A DNA stretch of 64,000 nucleotides from an uncultured Chloroflexia bacterium (GTDB taxonomy: Bacteria; Chloroflexota; Limnocylindria; Limnocylindrales; CSP1-4), in the NCBI GenBank assembly GCA_963712745.1, contig CAVQJC010000006.1:288001-352000 (forward strand), written 5' to 3'. Below, piece after piece: positions 1 through 8,839 of this stretch. How positions within the stretch are numbered: the stretch's first letter is position 1; every line of letters begins with the position of its first letter. The notes beneath the pieces are model-generated. The model was not told the origin of the DNA. It made no database searches and worked only from the letters and a program-made list of their open reading frames with translations. The translations under genes were made by a program, and so were the position numbers.

Positions 1-721
1 AAGACGCCGTACCCGAGGAGGAGCCCGCGGCGGAGGAGCCCGCGGCGGAGGAGCCGGAACGAGCGACCGAGCCGGTCAAGGGTTCGTCGACCAAGGCCGC
101 GGCTAGTGGCGGTGGCGGTGGCGGTGGCGGTGGCGTCGAAGAGCTTCCGTACATCGACGACCCGGTAAGCAAGTGGTGGATCGCGGTCATCATCGCGGTC
201 TTCGCATTGATCTTCGCGTGGGCGGTGCTTCTTGGCCGCGGCGGTCTGCTGGGCGATATCCTCGACAGCGCCGAGCCAACCGCTTCCCCGGAGTCGACGC
301 TCGCGGTTAGCCCATCAGCCGAACCCACGGACGAGGCCAGCACCGAACCCGTCTCGGGGACCATCGAGCCGACCGCCGAGCCCACGCCCGAGCCGACCGC
401 CGAGCCCACGCCCGAGCCGACCGCCGAGCCCACGCCCGAGCCGACCGCCGAGCCCACGCCCGAGCCGACCGCCGAGCCCACGCCCGAGCCGACCGCCGAG
501 CCCACGCCCGAGCCGACCGCCGACCCACGCCCGAGCCGACCGCCGAGCCCACGCCCGAGCCGACCGCCGAACCATCCATCGGACCCTGCCCCACGCTGGA
601 CCCCGAGGCCAGCCTTTCGCCCGACGAGTCGATCAGGCCCTCCCCCGTGCCCTGCTACACGCCAGAGCCGAGCACGTTGCCGGAGCCGAGCGGTCTACCC
701 TCTAGCGACGTCCTGGACTGA
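1..721 (+). CDS. 5'-truncated single-pass membrane protein with acidic/Gly linker and EPTAEPTP repeats; apparent 1-bp frameshift at ~524
   Basis: Frame 3 is open from the window start (EEPAAEEP..G9..KWWIAVIIAVFALIFAWAVLL TM). The 24-bp unit at 510 lacks one G. The EPTAEPTP reading continues in frame 2 to TGA 719-721. Confidence 0.7.
108..134 (+). repeat. (GGCGGT)n microsatellite encoding 9 Gly
   Basis: Seen directly in the sequence. Confidence 0.85.
366..570 (+). repeat. 24-bp coding tandem repeat GAGCCGACCGCCGAGCCCACGCCC (EPTAEPTP), 8 units plus a partial
   Basis: Units start at 366, 390, 414, 438, 462, 486, 510 (23 bp) and 533, with a partial unit at 557. Confidence 0.95.
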
Positions 722-791
722 CCACGATGGGGTAGAAGGCGCGAGGTATCGGCCGCCCCCGCCCGACCGGTATGCGCCTGCGCGCGCGGCA

Positions 792-1427
792 ATGGTTCGT
801 GACCAACTCGAGGCACGCGGTATCCATGACCGAGCAGCCCTATCGGCGATGGCGACGGTGCCCAGGGAGGCCTTCGTCCCACGCGGCCGCGAAGGGGACG
901 CGTATTCGGACGGCCCGCTCTCCATCGGACACGGGCAGACGATCTCGCAGCCGTACATGGTGGCGCGCATGACGGCTGCGCTGGACCTGGCCACCCTGGG
1001 CTGGCCATGGGCCGGGCTAGCCCCATCCTTCCTCGATGTCGGCACCGGCTCCGGGTACCAGGCAGCGGTGCTGGCGCAGTGCGGGGCCCGGGTCACGTCG
1101 ATCGAGCGGGAGCCCGATTTGGCGGAGACCGCTCAGCAGCGGCTGCTCGACCTCGGCTACCAGGTCGAGGTGCTGGTTGGCGACGGCAGCGCCGGCTACC
1201 CTCCGCACGCGCCGTATGCGGGAATCATCGTGGCGGCCGGTGCCCCGATGGTGCCTCGGCCGCTCGAATCCCAGTTGACTGATGGTGGGCGGCTCGTGAT
1301 CCCGGTCGGTGGGATCCGCTCGCAGCAGCTCACCATCGTGAAGCGCACCGGCAAGGACTTCGAGACGCGAACGGCCGACGCGTGCGTGTTCGTTCCTCTG
1401 GTGGGCACGCACGGTCATCCCAGCTGA
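792..1427 (+). CDS. pcm: Protein-L-isoaspartate O-methyltransferase
   Basis: VPREAFV, IGHGQTISQPYMV, LDVGTGSGYQAA, APYAGIIVAAG and FVPL motifs. Start is uncertain; ATG 792 chosen. Confidence 0.93.
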   Translation: MVRDQLEARGIHDRAALSAMATVPREAFVPRGREGDAYSDGPLSIGHGQTISQPYMVARMTAALDLATLGWPWAGLAPSFLDVGTGSGYQAAVLAQCGARVTSIEREPDLAETAQQRLLDLGYQVEVLVGDGSAGYPPHAPYAGIIVAAGAPMVPRPLESQLTDGGRLVIPVGGIRSQQLTIVKRTGKDFETRTADACVFVPLVGTHGHPS

Positions 1428-1461
1428 TCGTGCCTTGGACCCGATGCTATCCTCGCCCGCG

Positions 1462-2535
1462 ATGACACATGTCTTCGTAGCCCCTCATCCGGACGACGTC
1501 GCCCTCTCCTGCGGCGGCCTCGTCGCCAGCCTCCGCGAGCTCGGGCAGTCGGTCACAATCCTGACCGTCTACTCGGGCGTGTTCACCGGCGATGCCGAGA
1601 TGGCTGACTACCAGCGCGAGGCGCTGGGTTTCGGCACCAAGGCACTCCATCCCGCGACGCAGGCCTTCAACCGCTCGAACATCGCGGCAGAGTATCCGGT
1701 CACCACGGCCACCGGTGCAGGCGCCCCGTGGCAGGCTGACCCTCACCGCCTCGACGCCACCCAGGAGCGAGCCAACACCCAGGCCCGCCAGTTTTGGCAG
1801 CGCGCCGCGTGGTCGCGCAGTGCGAACATCACCAACGATGCCAGCGAGGACCGGCCGCTTCGGGACGATGTGGCATCACAGGGAACGCTGGCACGCTATG
1901 ACCTGGACGCAGCCGACGCTGCCACCATGCGCAAGGTCGAAGATGAACGCTGGGCCTATTTCATCGAGGCGGCGCTGGTCGACCTTGATCTGCCCGACGC
2001 AGTCCACCGCGGCTACGAGGGTGATGAGGCCCTGCTCGGGTACCCCTTCGAGGACGACGAGCCGCCCACCGACATCCTGCGCCGCGAGATCCTGCGGCTC
2101 GAGCCCCAGCACGTGTACTTCCCCCTGGGAGTCGGCGGTCACGTCGATCACCGGTTGTGCCGCGACGCAGGCCTCGCCCTACTGACCGACGAGGTGTCAT
2201 GGGTGATGCCTGCGCCACGGATGGCTGGCAAGCTTTCGTTCTACGAGGACTTCCCCTACGCGTGGTGGAGCGGCTTCTCAGGGCCGGCCGACCTGGCCGG
2301 CCAGGACATCGACGTCCCGTCAGGGCTCGCGCTTGAGGCACGCTACGCGGATATCAGCGATCAGCTGGAGCGCAAGACGGCTGGCCTCAAGACCTACGCC
2401 AGCCAGGTGCAACGTCTCTTCGACAGCGAGCAAGGCATGCTCGACGCCGTCACCGGCTATGGCGCGCGCGTGGCTGAGGCCGGCGGAGTGGGTACGGGCG
2501 CGGCGGAACGGTACTGGAGCGTCGTCCGCTCATAG
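1462..2535 (+). CDS. PIG-L/LmbE family deacetylase
   Basis: VAPHPDD..SCGG, GGHVDH, YEDFPY and YASQ motifs. Confidence 0.85.
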   Translation: MTHVFVAPHPDDVALSCGGLVASLRELGQSVTILTVYSGVFTGDAEMADYQREALGFGTKALHPATQAFNRSNIAAEYPVTTATGAGAPWQADPHRLDATQERANTQARQFWQRAAWSRSANITNDASEDRPLRDDVASQGTLARYDLDAADAATMRKVEDERWAYFIEAALVDLDLPDAVHRGYEGDEALLGYPFEDDEPPTDILRREILRLEPQHVYFPLGVGGHVDHRLCRDAGLALLTDEVSWVMPAPRMAGKLSFYEDFPYAWWSGFSGPADLAGQDIDVPSGLALEARYADISDQLERKTAGLKTYASQVQRLFDSEQGMLDAVTGYGARVAEAGGVGTGAAERYWSVVRS

Positions 2536-2657
2536 ACGGCCGGCTCCATCCGGACCGCCCTGCTCTCCACCAGTACCTTCGACCGACGGTCGCGGCTCAC
2601 GCCCGCGAGTAGCCTCGAGATCACGATGACCGAGCGATCAGCGCGGTATGGCTGCCC

Positions 2658-3509
2658 ATGACCGCGACCCTCGAACGAACGAGCCCTATCGAGCCGGCGC
2701 TCACGGCCGACCGCAGACGTCCGCTACGCGTGGCCACGGTCGCGCTGGCCCTCGCCGGCTGGGCCGTCGGCATCCTGACGTTCGCCGTACTCCTCGCGAC
2801 AAACGGCGGGCTCACGGTCGGAACGGACCTCGAAGCCTACCTTCGAGCCGGGGATGACTTGGTGGCCGGCAACCCGGTCTACATCGGCCAGATCGGCGAG
2901 CTCGATGTCTTCAGCTACGCGCCTCCATGGGCCGTGCTCTTCGGGGCTCTTTCGTGGGTGCCCGACTTGGTCATGCAGATCGGCATCATGGTCCTGGGAG
3001 TGCTCTGCATCCGCTACGTGGCGGGTTCGTGGCTGTGGTCGGGACTGGTCTTCTTCTACCCGGTCAGCGTGATGGTGCTGATGGCAGGCAATATCGAATG
3101 GCTCATCGCCGCCTCGGCGGTGCTGGCCGCAAGGGGACGCGCCGAGCCGTTGGTGTTCATGGCCCTCGCCAAAGTCGCCCCGATCCTGGGCGTCCGACCC
3201 GGTCAGTGGCGGCAGGTCGTGGTCGCGCTCGCCCTCGCGTTCCTGGTGACGCTGCCGTGGCTGTACCTGTGGCCGGAGTGGATCGAGCATCTGCTGCGCC
3301 AGCCGACCACCATCGACATCCACATCGGGCCGCCCTGGTACGCGCGCCTGCCATTCGCACTGGCGCTGCTGCTGTTGCGCCGGCCGTGGGCATCAGCCCT
3401 GGCCGTGGTGGTGGCCATGCCTTCGCTCTGGCTGGGGACGCTGGTCATCCTGGCCGCGCCCGTGCGGCTATGGATCGACGGTCGCCGGCCTCAGGAACCT
3501 GCCGGCTAG
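2658..3509 (+). CDS. GT87 (DUF2029)-like polytopic membrane glycosyltransferase
   Basis: TM followed by DLEAY...NPVY, then FSYAPP, GN and KVAP motifs; many TM segments. Confidence 0.7.
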   Translation: MTATLERTSPIEPALTADRRRPLRVATVALALAGWAVGILTFAVLLATNGGLTVGTDLEAYLRAGDDLVAGNPVYIGQIGELDVFSYAPPWAVLFGALSWVPDLVMQIGIMVLGVLCIRYVAGSWLWSGLVFFYPVSVMVLMAGNIEWLIAASAVLAARGRAEPLVFMALAKVAPILGVRPGQWRQVVVALALAFLVTLPWLYLWPEWIEHLLRQPTTIDIHIGPPWYARLPFALALLLLRRPWASALAVVVAMPSLWLGTLVILAAPVRLWIDGRRPQEPAG

Positions 3510-3543
3510 GCGTCACGCGCCAGCAGCGACCACGAGTCGTTCT

Positions 3544-3615
3544 TGGGGAAACTCCCCGGTCCTGGGGCCGCCCCGGCGACGTTCGAAGCGCGACCGCGGA
3601 CCGGGGACTACCCCA
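3544..3615. terminator. Stem-loop between convergent genes
   Basis: TCCCCGGTCC (3553-3562) pairs with GGACCGGGGA (3598-3607), extended by TGGGG/CCCCA. No U-tract. Confidence 0.45.
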
Positions 3616-4446
3616 TCAGACGGTGTCGCTGGTCCTGGGAGCGGGAGCCGCAGCGCGGGTACGCCGGTGGATGATGGGGATGCGGAGGAGATCCCAGAGC
3701 ACGCTCAGGCCGAGCCGGAAGCGCACCTGCATGCGCGAGCCGTGGATGTCGTGCCACATCACCGGCACGATGGCATAGCGGTACGCCAGTCGCCGGGTCA
3801 GGTAGATGACTTCGGCGTCGAAGACGATGCCGTCGGTCTTGAGACGTCCGAAGATGTCGTGGCCGGCTGCGCGACGGAAGCCCTTGAAGCCGCACTGCGT
3901 GTCCGGCACGTCGCCGGTGACCCAAGCGCCCGCGATCAGCCGGTAGATGCGGCCCAGCACCCGCCGAAAGGTGGGCTGGCTGGCACGTCGATCGGAGCCG
4001 TCGGGATGGATACGGCTGCCCAGCGCAACGTCGTGGCTGGCGAGCGCCTCGATCAGCAACGGGATCTGGTCGGGCGGCGTGGCCATGTCAGCGTCGGTGA
4101 AGACGATGAGGTCACCCTCGGCAGCCAGGATGCCGGCGGAAACGGCAGCACCCTTACCGGCGTGGGGTCGGCGCAGGACGCGCAGGCGCGCCGGCGTTCC
4201 TTCTGGCCCGCGCAGGGCTTCGGGTCGGGCCAAGACGAGCGCGGCGGTGTCGTCATCGGAACCGTCGTCGACCACGAGCACGTCCCAGGCGCCGAGCCCG
4301 GCCGACGAGCGGCCGTGGCTGCGAGCGGGTCCACCACGGTGCAACCAGCCGAAGAGCTCGTCGAGCGCTGGCCCGATGCGCTCCGACTCGTTGTAGGCCG
4401 GCAGCACGATGGTGAGATTGGGGCGCGCCCGATGGTTGGATATCAC
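3616..4446 (-). CDS. GT2 polyprenyl/dolichyl-phosphate glycosyltransferase (DPM/DPG-synthase-like)
   Basis: VLPAYNE, VVDDGSDD, GKGAAV, FTDAD and DTQCGFK motifs. Confidence 0.9.
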   Translation of the reverse strand: MISNHRARPNLTIVLPAYNESERIGPALDELFGWLHRGGPARSHGRSSAGLGAWDVLVVDDGSDDDTAALVLARPEALRGPEGTPARLRVLRRPHAGKGAAVSAGILAAEGDLIVFTDADMATPPDQIPLLIEALASHDVALGSRIHPDGSDRRASQPTFRRVLGRIYRLIAGAWVTGDVPDTQCGFKGFRRAAGHDIFGRLKTDGIVFDAEVIYLTRRLAYRYAIVPVMWHDIHGSRMQVRFRLGLSVLWDLLRIPIIHRRTRAAAPAPRTSDTV

Positions 4447-4600
4447 TCCGGAAGGCTAGCGGTCATGTCCAGTCGGCCGGATGGTTCCTTGGTCCCATCG
4501 CGAGTCCACCACATCGCACCCCTCCGACCACGAGAACCCCCGGGGGTGGCCCATTCGTACCCCGGGGGCAGCGGCGAGACCGTTGCTAGTGTGGGATGCA

Positions 4601-6238
4601 ATGGCCATCCCCATCCTGCTCTTCGTGGTCGCGCTGGCCGTGCGCGTAGTCACGGCGATGCTGTTCGCCGAACCGGCCTACCCCGACGCGCTCTACTACG
4701 TGAACTTGGGGCGTGAGCTGGCCGCCGGTGGCGGCTTCAGCGTGGACTACATCTGGAACTTCGTGGAGGTCGGCGGGGTGCTGCCCGAGCAAGGCAGCTT
4801 GCCCATCCCTTCGAATGCGCATTGGATGCCCCTCGCGGCGGTGGTGCAGGTGCCCTTCATCTGGATCTTGGGCCCGACCGCGGTCGCGTCGGCGCTTCCG
4901 TTCTGGCTGGCCGCGGCAGCGACGTCTCCCCTGGCCTATCTCATCGGCCGCGACGCCGGGATGCCCGGCTGGCAGGCAGCGGCCGCCGGCTTGCTGGTGG
5001 CCGTACCGGCGGGCGTGTCGGCGTACCTCGGTCAGCCCGACAACTTCGCCCTGTTCATGTTCCTGGGCGCGCTCGCGCTGTGGCTCTGCGCAAGGGGCCT
5101 GCGGGGCCACAGGTGGTCCTTCGCAGCCGGCGGCCTTGTCGTCGGCCTGGCCTACCTCTCGCGCAACGACGGTGTGCTGCTGGGCGTGCCGTTCGCTCTG
5201 GCCTTCGTCCACGATCTGTTGCGCCGCCCAAGAGCCTCTCGCATCGGCTGGCCCGCAGCGTTGCTGTGTGCCGGTGGCTTCGTCCTGGTCGCCGCGCCCT
5301 GGTTGTTCCGTCAGCTGGACGTCTTCGGCTCACTCTCGCCCTCGTCGGTCGGCGGCCGCATCCTCTTCATCACCGAGTACCGCGAGCTCTACAGCGTGAG
5401 CACCGAGACCACCCTTGAGTCGTTCCTGTCGCAGGGTATCGGCCCCATCATCGAGAGCCGACTGCGGGGCCTGTGGGATGCCCTGCTGATCTTCGTGGCC
5501 GGGCCCATGCTGGCGCTGCTCGTACCATTCACGCTCGTCGGGGCATGGGTCAGTCGACGCAGCCGCGACTTCCTGCCGTGGTTCATCTATACCCTGACGC
5601 TGTTCGTCTTCACCGCGCTGGTCTCGGCCGTGCATGTCCCCTACGGCACGTTCATCCACTCGGCCGTGGCCCTGGTGCCCCACGCGTACCTGCTGGTGAT
5701 GCTCGGCGTAGCAGCCGCCGTGGGCTGGGTGGCAGCACGCCGCACGTCATGGGACGCCCCGCGCGCCAGCCGCAACTTCAGCCTGATGCTGGTCGGTGTC
5801 ATCGCCGCGGTGTCGGTGGTCGCGACGCTCTCCACCACGAGTGCGTGGCGACGTGAGCGCGACAGCCGGGTGGAAATCCTGGCCGCCCTCGCGGCCGACG
5901 CGCAGCCTGGCGACGTCGTCATGAGCCCTGACGCCGGCGCGTACCGGTACCACGGCGGCTGGGCCGGCGTGGTCACGCCCGACGATCCCCTGGCTGTGGT
6001 CGAAGAGGCATTGCGGCGATACGACGTGCGTTGGCTGGCACTGGAGAGCGCGCATATCACCGCCGGCCTTCGCCCCGTGCTTGCCGGCGAGCTCAGGCCG
6101 GACTGGCTCTCCGAACCGCTCGTCGTGCTGCCGCCCCTGCCGGCCAAGGAGGAAGACGGGCAAGCTGCTGAGCGGCTGCCGCGGGCGGCGCTGTACGCCG
6201 TCTGCCTTGGTCCTGCCGACGCGCGGTGCGACAAATGA
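4601..6238 (+). CDS. GT-C (PMT/ArnT-like, GT39/83) membrane glycosyltransferase
   Basis: TM followed by PDALYY..GRELAAGGG, then HWMPL, SRNDG and PWLFRQ; about 12 TMs plus a C-terminal extracytoplasmic domain. Confidence 0.7.
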   Translation: MAIPILLFVVALAVRVVTAMLFAEPAYPDALYYVNLGRELAAGGGFSVDYIWNFVEVGGVLPEQGSLPIPSNAHWMPLAAVVQVPFIWILGPTAVASALPFWLAAAATSPLAYLIGRDAGMPGWQAAAAGLLVAVPAGVSAYLGQPDNFALFMFLGALALWLCARGLRGHRWSFAAGGLVVGLAYLSRNDGVLLGVPFALAFVHDLLRRPRASRIGWPAALLCAGGFVLVAAPWLFRQLDVFGSLSPSSVGGRILFITEYRELYSVSTETTLESFLSQGIGPIIESRLRGLWDALLIFVAGPMLALLVPFTLVGAWVSRRSRDFLPWFIYTLTLFVFTALVSAVHVPYGTFIHSAVALVPHAYLLVMLGVAAAVGWVAARRTSWDAPRASRNFSLMLVGVIAAVSVVATLSTTSAWRRERDSRVEILAALAADAQPGDVVMSPDAGAYRYHGGWAGVVTPDDPLAVVEEALRRYDVRWLALESAHITAGLRPVLAGELRPDWLSEPLVVLPPLPAKEEDGQAAERLPRAALYAVCLGPADARCDK

Positions 6239-7887
6239 GCGTGTACATCCCCTTGGGCCTGTATCTGCTGGCGCTGGCCGTCCGCCTGCTGGCGGCAGCA
6301 GAGATCCCTTTCCCTACGACCGAGCCCAGCGCCTACTACGTCGGCGTGGCACAGAACCTAGTGGCCGGGAACGGACTCGTCAGCGACGCGGTCTGGAGCT
6401 ACGCCACGCCGCCGTTGGAGGCACCCAAGCCGGCCTTCGAGCTGTGGCTGCCGATGAGCACCTTCGTGTCGGCGGCGGCCATGTCGGTGCTGGGTTCCAC
6501 GTTCTGGGCAGCCCAGGTGGGTTCGTCACTGCTGGGGGCAGCCGTGGCGCCGCTGGCCTGGGCCATCGGCCGCGAAGCCGCGAATGCCCACGGGCTCGAC
6601 ATGAGACGCGGAAGAGCCGTGGCGATCACCTCGGGTCTGCTCGCCGCCGTGCTCAGCCCGCTCGTCCTCGGTTCCGCCGTACCCGATTCCTACACACCCT
6701 TCACCGTCTTCCTGTTGGCTGGGGCGCTGCTCGTACCGAGGGTCATCGGCTTCCGCGACGGACACGACGAGGCCAGGGGTCCAGACATCCTCGCCGGCCT
6801 TGGGCTCGGTGTGGCCCTGGGACTGGCCTACCTCTCGCGCCAGGAGGTCATCTGGCTAGGTCTGACCTTCGTCCTCATGCTGGCCTGGACCGCGCGCACG
6901 AGGCCGGCCGGCAGGCGCCTCCGGGAGTCCGTCAGGCGCCTGTGGCCGGTCGTGGCCGGTGGCCTGGTGATAGTGGTCCCGTGGCTGCTGCGCAACGCAC
7001 TCGAGCTGGGTGGCCCGTTTCCTGGACAGGCAGTGGAGAACATGTTCCTCCTCGAGAACGAGGACATCTTCGCCTGGCGCGACCGCCCCGATGTGGCCAC
7101 GTACCTGGGTCAGGGCCTGGGCACGGTGCTGTGGAACCCGCTGGTCGCAGCCTGGGACAGCCTCCTCAACGTAGTGATCTTGCCGGCCTTCCCAGTCGGC
7201 ATCGCCGGCCTGATCGCCCTGGTCGGCATGCGGCGCTCCCCAGCGCTGCGTCGCCCGACCGCGCTCGTGGCTGTGCTTGTCAGCGCGCTACTCACGTTCG
7301 CGACCACGATGCTGTTGTTCCCCGTAGCCACCCTGTGGGGCACGTTCATGCATGCCTCGGGGCCGCTGCTGGTGGGCCTTGGTGTGGTGGCTGCGCTTGG
7401 CGGCGACGCCCTGCTGGCTCGCGTCTCGACACGCCGGGGCTGGGAGCGACCCAACATCATCCTCGCGCCCATCGCCCTGGTGGCCACGGCGGCAGTGATG
7501 ACCGCCTTCAGCGTGGCAGTCCTCTCCGAGCAGTCGCGTTCGACCCAGGCGCGATACGCGGCGCTGGCGACCCAGCTCCGCGAGGTCGCCGTGGCGGACG
7601 GGGAGGCCGTTCCCCCCACGCTGATCAGCGACCATCCCATGTGGCTCGCCGCTGCGCTCGGAGGCCAGGCGGTCGTCCTGCCCGACGAGGATCTCGATGC
7701 CATCCTCGAGCTGGCGGATGTCTTCGAGGCGCCCTGGGTCGTCGTCATCGACGAGCGCGGGCCCTACCCCGAGGCCCTGCTCAGGGAGGACGCACGGGGC
7801 TGCCTGACGACCGATCCAGTGCCCCTGGAGGCGGCAGACGAGGGCTCATGGCTGTTCCGGCTGGCCGATGCGTGCACGTCATCGTGA
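6235..7887 (+). CDS. Second GT-C membrane glycosyltransferase, paralog of the upstream gene
   Basis: ATGA overlap with the upstream stop. Parallel motifs: SAYY..AQNLVAGNG, LWLPM, SRQE, PWLLRN, GTFMHA. Confidence 0.7.
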   Translation: MSVYIPLGLYLLALAVRLLAAAEIPFPTTEPSAYYVGVAQNLVAGNGLVSDAVWSYATPPLEAPKPAFELWLPMSTFVSAAAMSVLGSTFWAAQVGSSLLGAAVAPLAWAIGREAANAHGLDMRRGRAVAITSGLLAAVLSPLVLGSAVPDSYTPFTVFLLAGALLVPRVIGFRDGHDEARGPDILAGLGLGVALGLAYLSRQEVIWLGLTFVLMLAWTARTRPAGRRLRESVRRLWPVVAGGLVIVVPWLLRNALELGGPFPGQAVENMFLLENEDIFAWRDRPDVATYLGQGLGTVLWNPLVAAWDSLLNVVILPAFPVGIAGLIALVGMRRSPALRRPTALVAVLVSALLTFATTMLLFPVATLWGTFMHASGPLLVGLGVVAALGGDALLARVSTRRGWERPNIILAPIALVATAAVMTAFSVAVLSEQSRSTQARYAALATQLREVAVADGEAVPPTLISDHPMWLAAALGGQAVVLPDEDLDAILELADVFEAPWVVVIDERGPYPEALLREDARGCLTTDPVPLEAADEGSWLFRLADACTSS

Positions 7888-8092
7888 GTACTGGCGCAGG
7901 GACGGCCCCTCTCAACCCCTATACTCCGAGCCACATGGACCGCGGGACGCCGCGTGCGCGGCGGCAAGGAACCGGGAGACAAGAGGCATGCACAGGGGCC
8001 ACAGCCCCCGGCATGCGACTCGAAGTTGTCGGCCAAGCAATCCGGGGCACGATGCTGCGGCTCGAGCCTCACCCCAGGGAGAGGAGTGTGGA

Positions 8093-8839
8093 ATGACTCC
8101 GGGCGAGTACCAGGGACCTGATCGACGCCGAGGCGGCCCCGACCGGCGAGAGCCTAATGCGCGGGTCAAGATCCTGCTCGTCGATGACCACGCCCTGTTC
8201 CGGGTGGGCATGCGGCAGACCCTTGACGCTGAGGACGACTTCGATGTCGTGGCCGAAGCTGACGACTCCCGCAGTGCCATCGATGCGGCGGCGGCGAGCA
8301 CGCCGGATATCGTGCTGCTCGACCTGTCGCTGCCGGCCCCCGGTGGGATCGAGACGACGCAGCGAGTGAAGCGCGAGGTGCCCAGCGCCGGCATCATCGC
8401 ACTGGCCGCGACCGAGGACGAGGACCAGCTCTTCGAGGCCATCAAGGCCGGCGCGGCTGCGTTCCTGCTCAAGGACATCGGACCAGAGGACCTTGTCACC
8501 ATCATCCGCCGGGTCAACAACGGCGAGTACCTCATCAACGACAAGGTCTTCGCGCGCCCGTCAGTCGCGAATCGTGTGCTCAAGGAATTCCGTGAGCTGG
8601 CCGTCTATGGGCAAGAAGCTGCCCCCATCTTCGCGCCCCTTTCCCCGCGTGAGGTCGAGATCCTCGACAACATCGCCAAGGGCATGACCAACAAGCAGGT
8701 GGCCTATGCCCTGTCGATCAGCGAGCAGACCGTCAAGAACCACATGAGCTCGATCCTCCGCAAGCTCTCGGTCAACGACCGCACGCAGGCCGTCGTCTAC
8801 GCCATGAAGCAGGGCTGGATCAGGATCCCCGAGGATTGA
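8093..8839 (+). CDS. NarL/FixJ-family (DegU-like) response regulator, REC + LuxR HTH
   Basis: GAGGAG RBS; LLVDDH, LLDLSLP, FLLKD and LSPREVEIL..GMTNKQVA..ISEQTVKNH motifs. Confidence 0.92.
   Translation: MTPGEYQGPDRRRGGPDRREPNARVKILLVDDHALFRVGMRQTLDAEDDFDVVAEADDSRSAIDAAAASTPDIVLLDLSLPAPGGIETTQRVKREVPSAGIIALAATEDEDQLFEAIKAGAAAFLLKDIGPEDLVTIIRRVNNGEYLINDKVFARPSVANRVLKEFRELAVYGQEAAPIFAPLSPREVEILDNIAKGMTNKQVAYALSISEQTVKNHMSSILRKLSVNDRTQAVVYAMKQGWIRIPED

Noticed and set aside
366-570. Direct repeats as a CRISPR array
   Set aside because: Head-to-tail 24-mers with no spacers, in-frame coding, and no cas genes.
207-1427. 406-aa repeat-protein/Pcm fusion in the ORF track
   Set aside because: Explained by a 1-bp deletion in the repeat; the middle section is out-of-frame repeat sequence.
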